From positions 1 through 63,892 of IMG/VR virus record IMGVR_UViG_3300046167_000699: a DNA stretch of 63,892 bases, one strand, 5' to 3'. A program made the position numbers and the translations under genes. The stretch comes from a virus. Its lineage: Duplodnaviria; Caudoviricetes. The notes below the pieces were generated by a model. That model had not been told where the DNA came from and ran no database searches. It worked only from the letters and a program-made list of their open reading frames with translations. Positions 60,009-63,892 of the stretch are shown in pieces. Within the stretch, counting starts at the first letter, position 1; the number at the start of each line of letters is the position of its first letter.

Positions 60009-60224
60009 ATGAATTTACGAGAATTATACACCTATAGCCGCGGGGTAATTGAGAAGTACCCAGCATTGCGGAATGATGTTATGCGCCACTTTGCGTTGGC
60101 GGAGATGGAGTGTGAAGACGATGCTTCTAGTGAAGAGCACGAAGTTGAGTTGTCACTCACCGATATCGATGACCTTGGTAGCGGACCACGAAATGCAAAT
60201 GGGATTACAAAAGTAATACGATAG
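60009..60224 (+). CDS. Early hypothetical protein (C-terminus probably frameshifted near 60177)
   Basis: MNLRELYTYS...; removing one G gives ..LVADHEMQMGLQK* ending in copy 11. Confidence 0.65.
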   Translation: MNLRELYTYSRGVIEKYPALRNDVMRHFALAEMECEDDASSEEHEVELSLTDIDDLGSGPRNANGITKVIR

Positions 60225-60246
60225 CGAGTCGATAATATAAACGAAT
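60205..60246 (+). promoter_or_regulatory. 17-8-17 element copy 11
   Basis: TTACAAAAGTAATACGA-tagcgagt-CGATAATATAAACGAAT. Confidence 0.75.
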
Positions 60247-60261
60247 ATAAAAACTACTACT

Positions 60262-60672
60262 ATGAAACTTTACCACATTACTAAACAGGGAACATTACAC
60301 TTCCAACTTAAAAACGGCCGCTTAGCTGCGGTGTACCCATCAACCGGCTATGTACGAGTTGCACACTCACTCGACGGCTTCGTTGAAAACCGATTCAGAG
60401 TTAACCTACTCAAGCACTACAGCAAAGCGGTTGAAAACGGTAACCCAGGTAACATTACCATGTGGCCAATTAACAAACGTGTTAAAACGAAAACAATGCA
60501 ACCTGTGTATACGGATTTATACTACAAAGCTTTCGCCTACGACGACGGACGAATGTACAAATACCCTAACAAAGTATTCTACGAAATGGAGTCGTCTAAG
60601 TGCGAGCTATTCCCTAACGATATTGAAGCACTAATGGACCTGCTCACTGAGTTTGAAGCTAAAAACTGTTAA
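60262..60672 (+). CDS. Early hypothetical protein
   Basis: ORF after copy 11. Confidence 0.75.
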   Translation: MKLYHITKQGTLHFQLKNGRLAAVYPSTGYVRVAHSLDGFVENRFRVNLLKHYSKAVENGNPGNITMWPINKRVKTKTMQPVYTDLYYKAFAYDDGRMYKYPNKVFYEMESSKCELFPNDIEALMDLLTEFEAKNC

Positions 60673-61017
60673 ACCTTTAACACCAAAGAGAAATGAAAAC
60701 ACCAATGCAAGAGTTGATTGATATAATCAAGCAACGTATCAATGATGATGATAGTATACCTTATATGTACAACGAAAGAATACTTGAGTTAGCAGAGTCA
60801 TTGCTTGAGAAAGAGAAAGAGGTGATGTGTGAGTTTGCTGAAGAATATGTGGGTAGTTGTCTAATTGACTACCCAAAAATCAAAATAATATTTGACCAAA
60901 CCTTTAATAATTAAGAGATGACCCCACCCCTTACCCATAAGAACAAGGCGCATAGGTTCTGCAAGGTACACGCAGTTAATGGGGTCTTTTTTTAACCTTT
61001 AAAACCAAAGAGAAATG
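60672..61017 (+). repeat. 24-bp direct repeats AACCTTTAA(C/A)ACCAAAGAGAAATG flanking a one-gene unit
   Basis: Copies at 60672-60695 and 60994-61017. Confidence 0.7.
60693..60914 (+). CDS. Hypothetical protein (MKTPMQELI... type)
   Basis: ORF inside the direct-repeat unit. Confidence 0.7.
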   Translation: MKTPMQELIDIIKQRINDDDSIPYMYNERILELAESLLEKEKEVMCEFAEEYVGSCLIDYPKIKIIFDQTFNN

Positions 61018-61167
61018 AGATACGGTAATGTTAAGTGCTTAGAGCGTCACGCTTATGCACCGGAAATGAATAAACTACATATGAACGACGGTACAGTATA
61101 CAACGTACCTCAGCAAAAAACGATTGTTGACGCTATAAACTATATACGATATGAAAATCAACGCTAA
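61015..61167 (+). CDS. Small hypothetical protein (50 aa, MRYGNVKCLERHAY...)
   Basis: Starts at the ATG of the second direct repeat. Confidence 0.55.
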   Translation: MRYGNVKCLERHAYAPEMNKLHMNDGTVYNVPQQKTIVDAINYIRYENQR

Positions 61168-61534
61168 ACCACTAGACTTTATCGAAGTCATTGATTTCGA
61201 CACTAAAGACATTAAGCAAGTGTATAAAGGCCGACTCGATAACTGCCGATGCGGTTGCGCCGGTGACTACTACAAGCTCGACGAAAACGACACCGAAATC
61301 GATATTGCACTTAACTTACTCAAACAATATGCCGATAAAGGTGAAGTAATGTTCTCACGCTTTACTTATGGGGACAAAAGTAAAAACGAATTGTACCTCG
61401 AGTTCGAAACACATATCGAAGAAAGCTGGGATAACGACCTTGACAGTGACGATGATGACGACGGTTTCTACCGCCGCGATAATGAAGAAATGAGTATGGG
61501 CTACGGCTTCTACATTAAAGATATTGAAAAATGA
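61151..61534 (+). CDS. Hypothetical acidic protein with CRCGC motif
   Basis: VYKGRLDNCRCGCAGDY. Confidence 0.7.
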   Translation: MKINAKPLDFIEVIDFDTKDIKQVYKGRLDNCRCGCAGDYYKLDENDTEIDIALNLLKQYADKGEVMFSRFTYGDKSKNELYLEFETHIEESWDNDLDSDDDDDGFYRRDNEEMSMGYGFYIKDIEK

Positions 61535-61752
61535 GAAATACACTGAAAACAGGCGACTCGGTATGGGTACGCGGTGGATTCGGCACTGAACCACGCGCAC
61601 TTGCTACAGTCGAACAAATTGAAATTACTAACGGCGATAAGTACGGCACTGAAGTTGACGAGGTCAAATGGGCACTCGTATACGACCGAAACGTTGTAGT
61701 CTCTTTAGACAACGGACACTGGGCATACGCTTATCAACTTAAAAAATACTAA
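61531..61752 (+). CDS. Small SH3/KOW-like beta protein
   Basis: LKTGDSVWVR..LDNGHWAY. Confidence 0.6.
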   Translation: MRNTLKTGDSVWVRGGFGTEPRALATVEQIEITNGDKYGTEVDEVKWALVYDRNVVVSLDNGHWAYAYQLKKY

Positions 61753-61754
61753 AA

Positions 61755-61991
61755 ATGACAAATATACTATCTATTGAGGTGAGCTTGGAAGCTCTGGAAA
61801 ACAAGTGTCGTACACACGACTGGTACTACAACTACTCAGACGACCATCGCAAATGGTCACGTGGCTTCGACCAATACCGCGAAATAAATGCTATACTCGA
61901 GAAACTTAGTCATAGTCGTGAGGCGCTCGAGATATACAATAAATACGCGCCAGAGCGGTTCAAGCGCCCTCTAGATAGTAAGTATTATTAA
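61755..61991 (+). CDS. Hypothetical protein
   Basis: HDWYYNYSDDHRKWSRG motif. Confidence 0.7.
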   Translation: MTNILSIEVSLEALENKCRTHDWYYNYSDDHRKWSRGFDQYREINAILEKLSHSREALEIYNKYAPERFKRPLDSKYY

Positions 61992-62033
61992 ATACAAAAC
62001 TAACACGAGCAAGTGTCGATAATATACTTGTAA
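61992..62033 (+). promoter_or_regulatory. 17-8-17 element copy 12
   Basis: ATACAAAACTAACACGA-gcaagtgt-CGATAATATACTTGTAA. Confidence 0.75.
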
Positions 62034-62048
62034 CAAAAACAAACTACT

Positions 62049-62261
62049 ATGATATGCAAATGCGGTACACGAGAAGTACACCCAATCCGCGTCAAGTACG
62101 GCTACAACACTTGTGTGTCGTGCTCTAACACTGAGCGGTACGGTTGTGCACCAATTACAAACCATAAAACAGGTAACGAAATACAAATTATGTCTCAATC
62201 CCAAGCGGCAGCGATCGCAAAGTCGTCGCGTCGTAAAGGTTATGGTACATGTTTAAGATAA
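62049..62261 (+). CDS. Small Zn-finger protein (DksA/TraR-like C4 pattern)
   Basis: CKCG...R...GYNTCVSCS. Confidence 0.55.
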   Translation: MICKCGTREVHPIRVKYGYNTCVSCSNTERYGCAPITNHKTGNEIQIMSQSQAAAIAKSSRRKGYGTCLR

Positions 62262-62265
62262 CACT

Positions 62266-62457
62266 ATGACTAACAAAGAAGAATACACGGATATTATAGC
62301 GTCAATAGCTAGCTATATGCAGGACCACTTGTACGATACCGTGGCTTGGCAAACCGACCATTTAAAGTTTGATAGCGATGAAGAGTTCAACGAAATGCAT
62401 TCATTTGTCATGCTTGAAGTTGCGGCTGACCTTTTTCGCAAGAGCTTACACAACTAA
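62266..62457 (+). CDS. Early hypothetical protein
   Basis: Stop falls in the left arm of copy 13. Confidence 0.7.
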   Translation: MTNKEEYTDIIASIASYMQDHLYDTVAWQTDHLKFDSDEEFNEMHSFVMLEVAADLFRKSLHN

Positions 62458-62487
62458 TACGAACAGCGAACGATAATATAATAAACG
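62446..62487 (+). promoter_or_regulatory. 17-8-17 element copy 13
   Basis: TTACACAACTAATACGA-acagcgaa-CGATAATATAATAAACG. Confidence 0.75.
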
Positions 62488-62495
62488 AATAACAA

Positions 62496-63035
62496 ATGAC
62501 AACAATTAAAAATACCTTCGAGCGTCAGCTACACGAACAGTTCGGCGTAAACGTTATGTCAATGGAAGGCATATACTCGGCTATACTAGTCGACGGCACT
62601 CACGGCACTGACTACGTCAACTACCACGACACTTCACCCGATTGGGTGTTCGGCGTTCACCCTAAGCTACAAGCGTTTATCGACGCACACGGCTGGGAAT
62701 GCGAATGGCGCAATAGCGAAGTGTTAGACTTGTACCCTGGTCACGACTGGACAAGCGACTTCAGCGAAGCACAACTTGCATCGCACTGGAATGCGATGTG
62801 TGACTACATCACTGCGCCGCAAGACCACGTGTATGCTAACGACGATGAAGCTTTCGAAATGTTGCAACTGACTATACGTCAGACGGTTGCAGCGAGTAAT
62901 AACGATCGCTACAACTTTGATGACAAGTGGCTAACACTTGACGGCTACGGTAACCCTATGTCGTTCAACGACCTTACGCAGTTCATCGATGTACCTGAGC
63001 TCGAAGAGTATTTAATTGCACACGCACTAATTTAA
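62496..63035 (+). CDS. Early hypothetical acidic protein
   Basis: ORF after copy 13; DGYGN motif. Confidence 0.75.
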   Translation: MTTIKNTFERQLHEQFGVNVMSMEGIYSAILVDGTHGTDYVNYHDTSPDWVFGVHPKLQAFIDAHGWECEWRNSEVLDLYPGHDWTSDFSEAQLASHWNAMCDYITAPQDHVYANDDEAFEMLQLTIRQTVAASNNDRYNFDDKWLTLDGYGNPMSFNDLTQFIDVPELEEYLIAHALI

Positions 63036-63048
63036 AACTATATATACT

Positions 63049-63300
63049 ATGAAAAGATTATCACTTTACGAACGTCTTAACCCTGACGTAAAAGCAAAAC
63101 TAATTGCTAACCAGCTAGACTACGAGTTTACCGTAGGCATGGTAATAGCTAAGCTAGATTCAACACTATTCTGGGACGAACTAACCGTTCGCGACATATC
63201 AAACCTAGTTGTATTCAGCGATAGCGACATGCCTGTTGACGCTACCACTATGCTACGCGGCGATTCAAACCTTATTCAACCACAAAACGATGTAATATAA
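63049..63300 (+). CDS. Hypothetical protein
   Basis: Operon-packed ORF. Confidence 0.7.
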   Translation: MKRLSLYERLNPDVKAKLIANQLDYEFTVGMVIAKLDSTLFWDELTVRDISNLVVFSDSDMPVDATTMLRGDSNLIQPQNDVI

Positions 63301-63686
63301 TGGAAACTAAATTTATACCAACAAACCCCGAAGAGCTAACCGGCTTTGATAGCATACTTAAAGAATTCAACACAATTAACGACACAAACTATAGGTTTAC
63401 CGATAACTATATGGAAAACTACGATGCGTATGTAGGTCCTGAGTCTACCGCTGACGGCTATGAAGTGTGGATAATTAACGTTGACAACGAAGGCCCTATC
63501 TTGGGTGAAAACGTATACTACTACCAACCAGGACCTTACGAGATATTCAACCACCTTAACGGCAGTTGGAACGACGATATGGTTGTATACGTAGAAGATC
63601 TTATGTATGACATTGAAGCGTACATGATCGGCGAACTATGCACTAATTACGATAACTACTTAGCTGAAATTGAAGATGCAGAATAA
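63300..63686 (+). CDS. Highly acidic hypothetical protein
   Basis: TAATG coupling; D/E/Y-rich. Confidence 0.7.
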   Translation: METKFIPTNPEELTGFDSILKEFNTINDTNYRFTDNYMENYDAYVGPESTADGYEVWIINVDNEGPILGENVYYYQPGPYEIFNHLNGSWNDDMVVYVEDLMYDIEAYMIGELCTNYDNYLAEIEDAE

Positions 63687-63892
63687 ACAAGAAATGCCTA
63701 AATGGTTCGACGGACAAGTATACAGCGAAGGCGACACGGTATCAAACCCTTTTACAGGGGAAAGCGTTGAGCTAACCGCCGAAGAACTGAGCATGTACGA
63801 CCTTATTATGGGTGCGCAAATGCTCCAAGCATACGATGTAATGCAGAAAGGCTTGGGCTGGTTCCGCCGTGAAAATGCTGAAGCATATATGG
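63676..63892 (+). CDS. Hypothetical protein running off the window end
   Basis: MQNKQEMPKWFDGQVYSEGDTVSNPFTGESVEL...WFRRENAEAYM; open at the end. Confidence 0.7.
   Translation, partial: MQNKQEMPKWFDGQVYSEGDTVSNPFTGESVELTAEELSMYDLIMGAQMLQAYDVMQKGLGWFRRENAEAYM

Larger units (their letters stand above)
1..63892. mobile_element. Tailed dsDNA bacteriophage genome (podovirus-like, probable Bacteroidetes/Flavobacteriia host), near complete
   Basis: Terminase, portal, scaffold, capsid, tail, endolysin, primase-helicase, RNR and ThyA genes in two divergent/convergent blocks; no host housekeeping context and no integrase seen. Confidence 0.95.

Noticed and set aside
4890-60180. Frameshifts in the exonuclease (~4895), portal (~41650), terL (~41848), spike base (~46373, ~46430), LamG fibre (~51294), fibre (~55201) and an early ORF (~60177) as programmed frameshifts or pseudogenes
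   Set aside because: Each is repaired by deleting one duplicated C or G, they hit essential genes and they lack slippery heptamers, so sequencing/assembly indel errors are most likely
57088-62487. Repeat array as a CRISPR array or classical integron
   Set aside because: Units are separated by whole ORFs of variable length, the repeats are degenerate, and no cas genes, integrase or attC GTTRRRY/RYYYAAC boxes are seen
1-63892. Stop-codon recoding, diversity-generating retroelement, introns or inteins
   Set aside because: Long ORFs are open in the standard code; no reverse transcriptase, TR/VR pair or intein/intron insertions seen in RNR, ThyA, terminase or helicase

Overview
The window is an apparently complete or near-complete ~64 kb lytic dsDNA phage genome with a podovirus-like virion module. 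The host is probably Bacteroidetes/Flavobacteriia, inferred from AT-rich leaders without Shine-Dalgarno sites and from the gene content. Layout: (+) 1-12972 DNA metabolism (KTSC protein, ATP-dependent ligase, DenV-like glycosylase, HTH protein, sigma-70-family factor, ERF annealing protein, PD-(D/E)XK exonuclease, SSB-like protein, T7-type primase-helicase, ThyA, MazG-like proteins, endonuclease I, NrdB/NrdA), with no recognisable DNA polymerase. (-) 13013-56508 virion, lysis and chaperonin genes (fibres, OMP-like proteins, M15A endolysin, 2678-aa internal protein, tail tube proteins, major capsid, scaffold, portal, terminase, GroEL/GroES). (+) 57088-63892 an early region of small ORFs. Main non-gene signals: (1) 13 copies of a fixed-geometry 17+8+17 bp element with a unique 8-nt spacer, each 6-18 nt before a small ORF; (2) a ~280-nt highly structured non-coding element with a possible ssrA-tag-like mini-ORF; (3) three 44-45 bp palindromic AT-core elements, one overlapping the start codon of the HTH gene; (4) ten TGCTATAC octamers within 2.5 kb that switch orientation; (5) a CTG-rich, strand-biased tract at the divergence point; (6) a second promoter-like motif GTAATTATA. 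Several essential genes carry single C/G duplications that look like sequencing errors. Product calls come from motif recognition by eye, with no database searches.
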